Of a stretch of DNA of 64,000 nt, positions 1 to 8,766 are shown in pieces. Positions within the stretch are counted from its first letter, which is position 1, and every line of letters begins with the position of its first letter. The stretch is from Patescibacteria group bacterium. Its GTDB lineage: Bacteria; Patescibacteriota; Patescibacteriia; Veblenbacterales; UBA10138. Position numbers and translations under genes: made by a program. The notes under the pieces were generated by a model. It had not been told where the DNA came from and searched no databases. It saw only the letters and a program-made list of their open reading frames with translations. The stretch spans positions 75,147 to 139,146 of the forward strand of contig JAHITT010000006.1 in assembly GCA_018817715.1 (NCBI GenBank), read 5' to 3'.

Positions 1-41
1 CCGTTGTATAGAATTGGAGTATGATAAAGTAAATAAATATT

Positions 42-728
42 ATGAATAAAACCAAACATCTTATAATTTATTCCCATGGCTTTGGCGTACAAAAAGATGA
101 ACGGGGAATGTTTACAGAACTAGCCCAAGTTTTGCCTGAAGCGGAACATATAATGTTTGATTATAATCTGGTAAACAAAGCCCAAAATACGCTTACCTTA
201 AGCCCTTTGGATAAACAGGTAGAAATACTAGCCAAGACCCTAAAACAAGCCCTAAACAGCCATTTAGGGGCTAATATAAGCCTGATAGCGCATTCCCAAG
301 GCTGTTTAGTGGCGGCTATGCTTAAACCTATGGGTCTAAGCCAGGCTATTTTTTTAAATCCACCTTTTACTCTGGATGATCAAAGAACTATTAGTAATTT
401 TAAAAACCGCCCGGGCTGTGTAATTGATATGGAAGGTGTATCTAAATTTCCCAGGCTAGACGGTACCACTACTTTGGTACCTAAGGAGTATTGGCAAAGT
501 CGGCAGGGTATAAACCCGGTTAATTTGTATAATGACTTTGTCAAACTAACGGACTTAGCAATTATTACCGCTAAAGATGATAAACCTGCTTCGGCCGTGC
601 CGCCCAAAGAACTGGATTCAAAAATAAAAGTGCTAACTCTGCCCGGCGGGCATAATTTTGACGGGGAGTACCGAGCTGAACTGTTAAAGACTGTTAAAAG
701 TATATTTCTTTCTCATAATGAAAAATAA
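42..728 (+). CDS. alpha/beta-fold serine hydrolase (esterase-like)
   Basis: 228 aa; nucleophile-elbow GxSxG (AHSQG) after HGFG-like N-terminus typical of alpha/beta hydrolases. Confidence 0.55.
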   Translation: MNKTKHLIIYSHGFGVQKDERGMFTELAQVLPEAEHIMFDYNLVNKAQNTLTLSPLDKQVEILAKTLKQALNSHLGANISLIAHSQGCLVAAMLKPMGLSQAIFLNPPFTLDDQRTISNFKNRPGCVIDMEGVSKFPRLDGTTTLVPKEYWQSRQGINPVNLYNDFVKLTDLAIITAKDDKPASAVPPKELDSKIKVLTLPGGHNFDGEYRAELLKTVKSIFLSHNEK

Positions 729-733
729 ATCCT

Positions 734-1282
734 ATGAAAAATTTATTAAAAGATATTATAATAGTGGATTTTGAAACTACCGGTTTTAATTTAGAAAAAG
801 ACGAAGCTGTGCAAATTGGTTTTATTGTTTTAGATAAAAATAATTTATCAGAAAAAGCCAGTTTTGTTTCCTGGATAAAACCCCAACAACCAATTAATCC
901 AGATATGCCGGGTTTTAAATGGGCAACATTAAGCCGAAACGATTTAGAAGAAATAAACAAGGCGCCTAGCCTTAAAGAAGTTGCTCAACAAATAACTAAA
1001 ATAATACCGGACAAATATACTCTATGCGCCTGGAATGCTAATTTTGATTGGCATTTTTGGAAAAACTTACTTAAAACCGTCAACATAGATATTAAACCAG
1101 GGGGCTTGCTAGATTTATGGGGTTCAGCTTATTTAAAATTATTAAACGATCCAAATTATCAAGGCGACTATAAATCGGAATCTGTTTTTCAATACTTTGG
1201 AGCTAAGCCCAGATTAAAACACGACGCTTTAGAAGACTGTCGTTTAGAAGCCATGGTTTTACAAAAACTATTAGACAAATAG
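734..1282 (+). CDS. DEDDh 3'-5' exonuclease (DnaQ/epsilon-like)
   Basis: IIVDFETTGF Exo I motif, later CAWNANFDW and HDALEDCRLE (Exo III with His) motifs. Confidence 0.7.
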   Translation: MKNLLKDIIIVDFETTGFNLEKDEAVQIGFIVLDKNNLSEKASFVSWIKPQQPINPDMPGFKWATLSRNDLEEINKAPSLKEVAQQITKIIPDKYTLCAWNANFDWHFWKNLLKTVNIDIKPGGLLDLWGSAYLKLLNDPNYQGDYKSESVFQYFGAKPRLKHDALEDCRLEAMVLQKLLDK

Positions 1283-1286
1283 AGTT

Positions 1287-1547
1287 ATGCTTAAAAAAAT
1301 TATTGGTCTTAATGTAATTGTTTTACTGTCAGCTATTGGTTATTATTTTTGGCATTTAAAAGAACTAACCAAATGGACTGGCATATTTTCTAAAACCGGC
1401 GGCGGGCCAGCTGAAGTGCAAGGTTTAAGTCTTCTGCTATACCAATATGAAGATGTTATAATAGCTGTACCAAATTTTATTATTTATTTTTTGGTAGTCG
1501 GACTTATTGTAAATATAATTATGTTAATTAAACTAAAGTATGAATAA
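1287..1547 (+). CDS. small hydrophobic membrane protein
   Basis: 86 aa, two predicted TM stretches; 8-nt overlap with next ORF. Confidence 0.35.
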   Translation: MLKKIIGLNVIVLLSAIGYYFWHLKELTKWTGIFSKTGGGPAEVQGLSLLLYQYEDVIIAVPNFIIYFLVVGLIVNIIMLIKLKYE

Positions 1548-1941
1548 ATTTTCTGCCGGCATACACGTTTTAGTTAATTGTAAAAATAAATATTTATTAC
1601 TAAAAAGAGGAAAAAAGGCCCGAGACGAACAAGGTTGTTGGGATTTTCCCGGCGGTGGAATTGAATTTGGTGAACAACCCTTAAAAACAGCTACCAGAGA
1701 AACCAAAGAAGAAACCGGTTTAAAAATAACCAACTTAAAACTAATAAATGTTTGGGCGGCTAAATGGCCGGGTAACTACTGGTCAGTTGAACTTTTAGCC
1801 AGCGCTAAAACTCACAGTCAAAAAGTCCGACTAAGCCCAGAACATAGTGAATTTAAATGGCTAACTATCTCTGAGTTAAAAAAAATCAACCCTCGTAGCG
1901 CCCATTTATTAAACTTTATTAAATATTTAAAAAGTAAATAA
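1540..1941 (+). CDS. NUDIX hydrolase
   Basis: Nudix box GGGIEFGEQPLKTATRETKEETGL. Confidence 0.8.
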   Translation: MNKFSAGIHVLVNCKNKYLLLKRGKKARDEQGCWDFPGGGIEFGEQPLKTATRETKEETGLKITNLKLINVWAAKWPGNYWSVELLASAKTHSQKVRLSPEHSEFKWLTISELKKINPRSAHLLNFIKYLKSK

Positions 1942-2532
1942 ATGTTACAAGCAGTTATTTTTGATTTAAACGGTGTTTTTATAATTAGCCCTAAGTTAAG
2001 CGATCGGGTACATAAAGATTTTGGCCTGACTACTCAAGAATTTTTACCAGCCTTATTCAGCATAATGGACCAAGTACGTAAACCTAAGGCTGGTCCGGCT
2101 TTTACCTATTGGCAACCTTATTTACAAAAATGGGGGATTAATTTAAACGAACCAGAGTTTTGGGATTACTGGTTTAAGGGTGAAGTACCTAACCAAGCTA
2201 TGATTAATCTGGCCAAAAAATTTAGGCAGCAAGGTCTAAAAATTATTATTTTATCCAATAATTTTAAAGAACGGGCTGAATTTTACCAATCTTACCCTTG
2301 GCTTAATGAAATAGCGGACAAAATTTATTTTTCCTGGCAAACTGGTTTAGTAAAGCCAGATATAAAAGCTTGGCAACTGGTTTTAACCGATAATAATCTT
2401 AAAGCCGAAAACTGCCTGTATTTTGACGACCAGGCTAAAAACTTAGCTGCGGCTGAGTCTTTAAATATACCTAATTTTGCTTTTACTAACGCCACCAATA
2501 CCAATAGCCTTATCCAGCAGTATTTAAAATAA
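1942..2532 (+). CDS. HAD-superfamily hydrolase
   Basis: N-terminal VIFDLNGV (DxDx(T/V) motif I), C-terminal YFDDQAKN motif IV-like. Confidence 0.65.
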   Translation: MLQAVIFDLNGVFIISPKLSDRVHKDFGLTTQEFLPALFSIMDQVRKPKAGPAFTYWQPYLQKWGINLNEPEFWDYWFKGEVPNQAMINLAKKFRQQGLKIIILSNNFKERAEFYQSYPWLNEIADKIYFSWQTGLVKPDIKAWQLVLTDNNLKAENCLYFDDQAKNLAAAESLNIPNFAFTNATNTNSLIQQYLK

Positions 2533-2577
2533 ATGCTATAATAAAAAGGTTAATAAACTAAAACTTAGTAAATAATC

Positions 2578-3168
2578 ATGTCTAAATTGTTTAACATTAC
2601 CAACATCATAATTCTTTTAGTAGTTTTAGGTGGGGGCTATGGGTTGTTTAAAGCTCTTACTTATACATCTATTAACGAGATTCAAACAGCTACTCTAGAC
2701 TTATCTAAACCTAGTGAGCCAGAAGCAACTGTAGAAGTAATGCCCGAATTCAACAATCCGTCAGACACGGCAACCATACAACCTCAACCGCAACAAACTC
2801 CGCCACCTATACCGCAAATCGGCGCTGACCAGCAACCAGCTAATCAACCACCAATAGATAATAAAGCTCCCACTAATACCGGGTCTTTAATAAGCCGGTG
2901 GCAAAACAACAGTGATGATAAATATCAAATTAATTACCGAGCTGATAACACAGTAGAAGAATTTTATAATAATGAGTCAAAAGGTACTGGCACTTGGGAA
3001 TATGTTAAACCCGAAGCAGGCCAAGCCGGGCCCAGTACGCAAATTCTGCGAGTAACTTTAAATGGCCAAATTTCTGATTATCAAATTATCAACCTATCTG
3101 CCAGCAACCTTTCCTATGTTAACAGCGCTAAAGGAGAAATTGTAAGCTTTAAACGCCTGCCAGAATAG
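2578..3168 (+). CDS. membrane-anchored Pro/Gln-rich hypothetical protein
   Basis: N-terminal TM helix, low-complexity PQ-rich linker, C-terminal globular part. Confidence 0.35.
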   Translation: MSKLFNITNIIILLVVLGGGYGLFKALTYTSINEIQTATLDLSKPSEPEATVEVMPEFNNPSDTATIQPQPQQTPPPIPQIGADQQPANQPPIDNKAPTNTGSLISRWQNNSDDKYQINYRADNTVEEFYNNESKGTGTWEYVKPEAGQAGPSTQILRVTLNGQISDYQIINLSASNLSYVNSAKGEIVSFKRLPE

Positions 3169-3280
3169 AATTAATAAATCTTAAATTCTAAATCCTAAAT
3201 CTCAAATAATACCCAAATCGCAATTGTTTTAAATTTTTAGGATTTAAGTTTTAGGATTTGAAAATTTATTTTACTAATCT

Positions 3281-4039
3281 ATGTCCAAATATTACAACCC
3301 TAACCGCTCCAGTAAATACTGTTATAACCCTAAATCAGGCGAACCCTTTCGCTTAAGCCGCAGTAAGATTGATTTATTTTTAAATTGCCCGAGGTGCTTT
3401 TATTTAGACAGGCGCTTAGGCGTGGCTCAACCGCCTGGTTATCCCTTTGCTTTAAACTCGGCTGTGGATACTTTATTAAAAAAAGAATTCGACACTCACC
3501 GCCAAGCCCAAACTCCACATCCTTTAATGGTAGAAAACGGTATTAAAGCTGTACCATTTAACCACCCACAAATTGATACCTGGCGCGATAGTCTGCGCAG
3601 CGGCATAACTTTTTTACACCCGCCAACCAATTTACTAGTAACTGGCGGAGTAGACGATGTTTGGCTTAACGAGCAAGAAGAATTAATCATTGTAGATTAT
3701 AAAAGTACCAGCAAAGAACAAGAAGTAACCTTAGAAGCTGATTGGCAAATTGGTTACAAACGACAAATGGAAATATATCAATGGCTTTTTAGGCAAAACA
3801 ATTTTAAGGTAAACCCCACTGGCTATTTTGTTTATTGTAATGGCTTAACTGACCGCCCAGGTTTTAATGCCCGCCTGGATTTTGACATTAAAGTTTTGCC
3901 TTACCAGGGCGACGATTCTTGGGTAGAACAGGCTATTATCGATGCACACGAATGTTTAAATGCTAACAATCTGCCAGGTGCAGCCTTTGATTGTGATTAT
4001 TGCCGCTACCGGGAAGCAGTTGGGCCTCACGAAGTTTAA
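3281..4039 (+). CDS. Cas4-like PD-(D/E)XK nuclease (RecB-family), stand-alone
   Basis: N-terminal CPRCFYL motif, GGVDDV...IIVDYKST (D..D/ExK), QMEIYQWLF (QxxxY), C-terminal CDYC; four-Cys arrangement typical of Cas4/AddB nuclease domains. Confidence 0.6.
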   Translation: MSKYYNPNRSSKYCYNPKSGEPFRLSRSKIDLFLNCPRCFYLDRRLGVAQPPGYPFALNSAVDTLLKKEFDTHRQAQTPHPLMVENGIKAVPFNHPQIDTWRDSLRSGITFLHPPTNLLVTGGVDDVWLNEQEELIIVDYKSTSKEQEVTLEADWQIGYKRQMEIYQWLFRQNNFKVNPTGYFVYCNGLTDRPGFNARLDFDIKVLPYQGDDSWVEQAIIDAHECLNANNLPGAAFDCDYCRYREAVGPHEV

Positions 4040-4041
4040 TT

Positions 4042-4593
4042 ATGGCCAACAATATTATTTTTGTACCCGGAACTTTAACCCAAGGCCATTTATACGGCCC
4101 TTGGCCAGCAGTGGATATTTGGCTTAAACACAACCAAGCCACTTTAACCAACCCGCCTGACATAGTAATTGCTTACAGTTTAGGCGCCACTTGGGCAGTA
4201 ACCAATCTTAAAATCACTCCGGCTACCAAATTTATTTTAATTAATCCTTTATTAATAAAAAAACCTTGGCCTATTATTTTATTTAATTGGTTTAAGTATT
4301 TAAATCAAGAAGGTTTTAAAGAAAGTCAGTTTATTAAACAAGAGCATTGGTGGTCTAGTTTAAAGTTAGTTTTTAAATTAATTAAAATAGATTTATTACC
4401 CGAACTTATAAAAATTCCTAAAAGTAATTTACTTATTATAAAAGGGGAGGACGACAGCTTTTTTTGCGACCAAACAGTTAAAACTCTAGCTGAACGTTAT
4501 AATTTACCCCTTAAACTGGTTAAGGCTGGCCATAATTGGAATGCTAATATTTTTGAACAAGTGCAGGCGGCTATAAACAAACCATTTAACTAA
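4042..4593 (+). CDS. alpha/beta hydrolase-like protein (RBBP9/YdeN-like)
   Basis: GxSxG-like AYSLGA. Track ORF starts at 4000 inside the preceding gene, so start placed at ATG 4042 just after its stop (4039). Confidence 0.45.
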   Translation: MANNIIFVPGTLTQGHLYGPWPAVDIWLKHNQATLTNPPDIVIAYSLGATWAVTNLKITPATKFILINPLLIKKPWPIILFNWFKYLNQEGFKESQFIKQEHWWSSLKLVFKLIKIDLLPELIKIPKSNLLIIKGEDDSFFCDQTVKTLAERYNLPLKLVKAGHNWNANIFEQVQAAINKPFN

Positions 4594-4630
4594 TTTTCTA
4601 CCACCACAATTCAATAACCACCAATTAATT

Positions 4631-4672
4631 AAACCTTCTAACATTCTCAAGAATGTTAGAAGGTTTATAAGG
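4631..4672 (+). terminator. strong stem-loop downstream of hydrolase gene (putative terminator)
   Basis: AAACCTTCTAACATT-ctcaag-AATGTTAGAAGGTTT, 15-bp perfect stem; weak U-tract. Confidence 0.4.
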
Positions 4673-4765
4673 ATGAATTAGATTATTATTTATCTTTGAC
4701 GTTTAAGTTTAAAAATAGTAAGTTTAATTACCAGACTATTAATTTTTTGCAATTATTTTAGAGCT

Positions 4766-5296
4766 ATGACCAAAATAAAATATAAATTCTGTCCCGTGTG
4801 TGGCGGTTTATTTAAAAATATTTTAATACCTAAAGAAAATCGTAAAAGATTAACCTGCCAACAATGCAATTTTGTTTTTTATCAAAACCCTAAAACCACC
4901 GCTGGTGTAATTATTGTTAAAAACGGCCGAGTCCTGCTGGGTAAAAAAGCCAGTGGCCCTAAAAAAGGCCTTTGGAATATACCGGGTGGTTTTTTGGAAG
5001 CTGGGGAGCATCCTCTGCAAGGTGCTAAACGGGAAATTAAAGAAGAAACTAACCTTAATATTAGAATTATCAAACTGTTAGGTATTTTTAAAAGCCGTTA
5101 TTTTACTGGTGATCATTGTGTGAATATTTTTTATTTAGCCGAAATTATAAGTGGTCCAGCCAAAGCTGGCGATGATTTAAGCCAACTTAAATGGTTTAAA
5201 CCCAGTGAACTACCTAAAAAAATGGCTTTTAAGGATAATGTACAAGCGCTTCAGGCTTGGCTTAAGGAGGCCAAAAACCACCTGGCACTTAATTAA
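4766..5296 (+). CDS. NUDIX hydrolase with N-terminal zinc ribbon (NudC-like architecture)
   Basis: CPVCGG...CQQCNF zinc ribbon followed by Nudix box GGFLEAGEHPLQGAKREIKEETNL. Confidence 0.75.
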   Translation: MTKIKYKFCPVCGGLFKNILIPKENRKRLTCQQCNFVFYQNPKTTAGVIIVKNGRVLLGKKASGPKKGLWNIPGGFLEAGEHPLQGAKREIKEETNLNIRIIKLLGIFKSRYFTGDHCVNIFYLAEIISGPAKAGDDLSQLKWFKPSELPKKMAFKDNVQALQAWLKEAKNHLALN

Positions 5297-5311
5297 GGCT
5301 AAGTACAGCTA

Positions 5312-5342
5312 ATTAATTTTAGTCTAACTAAAATTTTTTTGT
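5312..5342 (+). terminator. rho-independent terminator
   Basis: TTTTAGTctaaACTAAAA hairpin followed by T7. Confidence 0.5.
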
Positions 5343-5424
5343 ATTATCTTTGATAATTTAATATAATTAAATAAAGGTCTGCAATTTTAACCAAGTACCA
5401 CTTATTATTAATTTAAAAAAACAT

Positions 5425-5826
5425 ATGAACGGCTACATTTCTAACATAGAAAAAATAACCAAAGAAAATAAAAACTTTAGGCAGGTGCTTTACACGGGTA
5501 AACACAGCCAATTAGTGGTTATGCGGCTTAAACCCGGGGAAGATATAGGAGAAGAAATTCACACCCTAGACCAATTTATTAGAATAGAACAGGGTAGTGG
5601 ACAAGTTATCTTAAACGGCGTGGAATCGGAAATAAAAGAAGATTACGCTATTGTTATACCGGCCGGCGTTAAGCATAACGTGGTTAACAGCTCTTTAAGC
5701 GATGATATGAAGCTATACACGGTTTATTCGCCGCCAGAACATAAAGACGGCATTGTTCACCTAACCAAAAACCAGGCTCTAAACGATCTGGATGATCATT
5801 TTGACGGCAAAACCACAGAAAAATAA
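5425..5826 (+). CDS. cupin-domain protein
   Basis: 133 aa; G(x)5HxH-like EEIHTLDQ...GxxxxxG...H motifs of cupin barrel; TAATG overlap with next ORF. Confidence 0.5.
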   Translation: MNGYISNIEKITKENKNFRQVLYTGKHSQLVVMRLKPGEDIGEEIHTLDQFIRIEQGSGQVILNGVESEIKEDYAIVIPAGVKHNVVNSSLSDDMKLYTVYSPPEHKDGIVHLTKNQALNDLDDHFDGKTTEK

Positions 5827-6233
5827 TGAAAATAAACCATAGTTTAAAGCTAGCTACAATTTCATTAATAGGCGCAGCTTTAATACTTTTAAGCTTCTGC
5901 TCTGTTTTAATAGAGCCCAAAGAATCTGCAACGACTGGATTTATTAATTTGTCCAATAATTCAGAAAAATGTTGCGGAATATTGACGCAAACTCATTTTT
6001 TGCACGAACAAAACAGAGACTTAATTTTACCAATTGTTAAAAATAACAAGGCTTGGTTATTGCTGCAATTTTTATTAGCCGGTAGTTTAATATTTTTATT
6101 AAAATCTTTTTGGTTAAAAGACAAAAATTATAAATGCTCTCTGTTTTTAAAAAGGTATTATTCAGATTTGCCTTTTTATTGTTACTTAAAAATATTTCTT
6201 TCTCGGGGTTTATTGCATCCTAAAATTTTTTAA
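5826..6233 (+). CDS. hypothetical membrane protein
   Basis: signal/TM N-terminus, second TM; no recognisable motif. Confidence 0.3.
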   Translation: MKINHSLKLATISLIGAALILLSFCSVLIEPKESATTGFINLSNNSEKCCGILTQTHFLHEQNRDLILPIVKNNKAWLLLQFLLAGSLIFLLKSFWLKDKNYKCSLFLKRYYSDLPFYCYLKIFLSRGLLHPKIF

Positions 6234-6306
6234 CTTAAAATATTTTAAAAAATTCCCTAGATAAAAATAGGGCGTCTTTTAATTTTATTATTTTATTTTT
6301 TAAAAC

Positions 6307-7083
6307 ATGCATTTATTAAAAACTACCGAACAAACTAAAAATAATTTGTTCGAAAACATGCCACCTAAACTAAGTTTTATTTTCGGCTTAGTTAGTGGTT
6401 TAGCTGTTGTAGGTCTGCTGGGTTTATTATTAACCACCACCTATTTATTGACTAATAAAAACAAAACCGAAAAAATTACCAACTCTCCCAACCAACCAAC
6501 TGCTAATAATACCGATACCGTTGGTTTAAACCCGCCCCTACAACCAGTTAATATCACTGCTAAAGATACCGACTATATTCGAGGAAATAAAAATGCGGCT
6601 ATTACATTAATAGAATATTCAGATTTAGAATGCCCTTTTTGCCAACGGTTTCACCCTTCTATGCTCCAATTGTTACAAGAATACCCCGAACAAGTCCGTT
6701 GGATTTATCGACACTTTCCTTTATCTTTCCACGCCAATGCCCAAAAAGAAGCTGAGGCAGTTGAATGCGCGGGCAAACTTGGTGGCAATGACAAATTTTG
6801 GCTTTACCTTGATACCATATTCAACAGAACAACCTCCAACGGTACTGGTTTTGCTTTAGATAAACTCACCCCCTTAGCCGTAGAAATAGGCTTACCTAAA
6901 GACAAGTTTGAAACTTGTTTGGAAAGCGGAGAATTTGCTGGTAAAGTCCAAAACGATTTGCAAGAAGGCTCTAGTTTTGGCGTTTCTGGTACACCCACTA
7001 CTTTTGTTAATGGACAACCAGTGGAAGGGGCTGTTCCTTATGCTCAATTAAAACAAATAGTAGATTCTTTACTAGAACAATAA
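6307..7083 (+). CDS. DsbA-like thiol:disulfide oxidoreductase (thioredoxin fold), membrane-anchored
   Basis: N-terminal TM anchor, CPFC active site, DsbA-like C-terminal GTPTFFVNG motif. Confidence 0.7.
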   Translation: MHLLKTTEQTKNNLFENMPPKLSFIFGLVSGLAVVGLLGLLLTTTYLLTNKNKTEKITNSPNQPTANNTDTVGLNPPLQPVNITAKDTDYIRGNKNAAITLIEYSDLECPFCQRFHPSMLQLLQEYPEQVRWIYRHFPLSFHANAQKEAEAVECAGKLGGNDKFWLYLDTIFNRTTSNGTGFALDKLTPLAVEIGLPKDKFETCLESGEFAGKVQNDLQEGSSFGVSGTPTTFVNGQPVEGAVPYAQLKQIVDSLLEQ

Positions 7084-7596
7084 ATGACTAAATATAATTC
7101 AACTAAACAACTTAATCAAAAAATAAAAAATAGAAAAAAATTCGTCAAAAAAATTTCATTTCTTATTTTGTTTTTGTTGATAACCGGATTTATAACCTGG
7201 TTAATTCTACGATCATCGTACAATAAACCAAAAATTGATAATGGTTTAATATCTAAAAATGGACTTCATTGGCACGCTCAGTTAAGCATTAAAATAAACG
7301 GCCAGTTAGAAAAAATTCCGGCAGATGTGGGTTTAAAAACAATACATTTACCTATTCATACTCACGAAACCGACGGCACCATTCATCTGGAATTTTCCGG
7401 CTTAACAACTAAACAAGACACTCAATTGGGACAATTCTTTAACAATTGGGGAAAAGTTTTTAATAGCAACTGTATTTTTGATTATTGTACTGACAACAAC
7501 AAAAAACTCAGTCTATATGTTAACGGGCAACCTAATTGGGAATTTGACAAATATGAAATGAAAGACAATGATACACTAGAGATAGTGTTTGAATAA
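7084..7596 (+). CDS. membrane-anchored hypothetical protein with His-rich motif
   Basis: TAAATG-adjacent to DsbA-like gene; HWH...HTHETDGTIHLE possible metal site. Confidence 0.35.
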   Translation: MTKYNSTKQLNQKIKNRKKFVKKISFLILFLLITGFITWLILRSSYNKPKIDNGLISKNGLHWHAQLSIKINGQLEKIPADVGLKTIHLPIHTHETDGTIHLEFSGLTTKQDTQLGQFFNNWGKVFNSNCIFDYCTDNNKKLSLYVNGQPNWEFDKYEMKDNDTLEIVFE

Positions 7597-7624
7597 TTAA
7601 TTCTTTATCTACTAATAAAATTTT

Positions 7625-7861
7625 ATGTGGAATTCCTATTGTGGTAATATTTTTGGCTGGGGGATGGCTGGTCCGGTTATTATGATAGTTTTTTGGCTGG
7701 CAGCTATTTTACTGTTTATTTGGCTGGTTAAACACTTTACCAAAAGTAACCACCAAGACAACAGTTCTACTAAAGCTGCGGCTATCTTAAAAGAGCGTTA
7801 TGCCAAGGGCGAAATAAGCCAGCAAGAATTTGAAGAAAAATTAAAAAACTTACAATCCTAA
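7625..7861 (+). CDS. SHOCT-domain small membrane protein
   Basis: one TM helix then ERYAKGEISQQEFEEKLKNL (SHOCT-like). Confidence 0.45.
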   Translation: MWNSYCGNIFGWGMAGPVIMIVFWLAAILLFIWLVKHFTKSNHQDNSSTKAAAILKERYAKGEISQQEFEEKLKNLQS

Positions 7862-7881
7862 ATTAATAAATAATCAAACTT

Positions 7882-8133
7882 ATGAAATTATCAATTAAAA
7901 AATCTACAAAAAATAAAATTAAATCAAATACTAACAAAGTTAAAGATGAAATTACCGAAGAGCTTCGCAAACTTGGCGATAAAATTATGATTATGACCAA
8001 AGAGGCCAAAGTTAAGTATGATCAGTCCGACGAGCAGACTAAGAAAAAAATTCTAACCGGCGTAATCGGCGCGGCTACTATTCTTTCCGGTATTATTGGT
8101 TATAAAGTAATTAAGGGCAAAAAAAGTAAATAA
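7882..8133 (+). CDS. Lys-rich hypothetical protein with C-terminal TM helix
   Basis: 83 aa ORF, tail-anchored. Confidence 0.3.
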   Translation: MKLSIKKSTKNKIKSNTNKVKDEITEELRKLGDKIMIMTKEAKVKYDQSDEQTKKKILTGVIGAATILSGIIGYKVIKGKKSK

Positions 8134-8218
8134 TTATAAGCTTTACTTATTAAATAGATTTGCTATATTCACTAATACTATGTTGGCCAAGTGTTTAAAT
8201 AACGACAATAACGATAAT

Positions 8219-8296
8219 AACCAGCCCTAAGGACTTGGCCTGTTAGCTTGTATTCAAAAAAAACGCCAGTCCTTACCCAGGGCTGGTGGTTTTTTA
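8219..8296 (+). terminator. long imperfect hairpin plus U-tract (terminator or small RNA)
   Basis: ACCAGCCCTAAGGACTTGGC...GCCAGTCCTTACCCAGGGCTGGT followed by TTTTTT. Confidence 0.4.
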
Positions 8297-8313
8297 TAAC
8301 TTAATAATATTAT

Positions 8314-8388
8314 TCTGGGGTAGTTCAAAGGTAGAACGCTGCGCTGTTAACGCAGATGTTGAAGGTTCGAGTCCTTCCCCCAGAGCCA
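8314..8388 (+). tRNA. tRNA-Asn (anticodon GUU)
   Basis: cloverleaf read by hand: acceptor UCUGGGG/CCCCAGA, D stem GUUC/GAAC, anticodon stem CUGCG/CGCAG with loop CUGUUAA, T arm GAAGG-UUCGAGU-CCUUC, discriminator G, encoded CCA. Confidence 0.85.
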
Positions 8389-8422
8389 CGCTCAGCGTGG
8401 CTATACCCGCGCTTAGCGCGGG
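8385..8422 (+). repeat. tandem GC-rich perfect hairpins immediately 3' of tRNA-Asn
   Basis: GCCACGCTcAGCGTGGC (includes tRNA CCA end) and CCCGCGCTtaAGCGCGGG; shared CGCT/AGCG core. Confidence 0.6.
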
Positions 8423-8449
8423 AGCCATATAGATACGTTGAGCAAAAAA

Positions 8450-8481
8450 AATCACCCGGTGTACGCTAGGTGATTTTTTTA
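8450..8481 (+). terminator. rho-independent terminator
   Basis: AATCACC-loop-GGTGATT followed by T7. Confidence 0.6.
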
Positions 8482-8496
8482 TGCTAAAATTAATTT

Positions 8497-8766
8497 ATGT
8501 ATTACACTTATGTTCTCCATTCTATCAAAGATGGACAACTATATACAGGCTATACTCCCAATCTAAAAAGTCGGATTAAATCCCACCAAGATGGCTATGT
8601 CACAGCAACAAAAAGTCGGCGTCCTCTAATATTAATATATTATGAATCATTTATAGTCGAATCTGACGCTAAACGAAGAGAACTTTTTCTAAAAGGTGGC
8701 AATGGTAAAAAAGAATTAGAAAAAATCTTAAAAGATTATTTCAAAAATAATCTCTGGCATAAATAA
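8497..8766 (+). CDS. GIY-YIG nuclease-domain protein
   Basis: YTYVLHS...GQLYTGYT..NL..R...H...E motif pattern of GIY-YIG; 89 aa. Confidence 0.7.
   Translation: MYYTYVLHSIKDGQLYTGYTPNLKSRIKSHQDGYVTATKSRRPLILIYYESFIVESDAKRRELFLKGGNGKKELEKILKDYFKNNLWHK

Noticed and set aside
2750-2900. Pro/Gln-rich low-complexity stretch (PQPQQTPPPIPQ...) looked like a nucleotide tandem repeat.
   Set aside because: No exact DNA-level periodicity. It is a compositionally biased linker within a single ORF.
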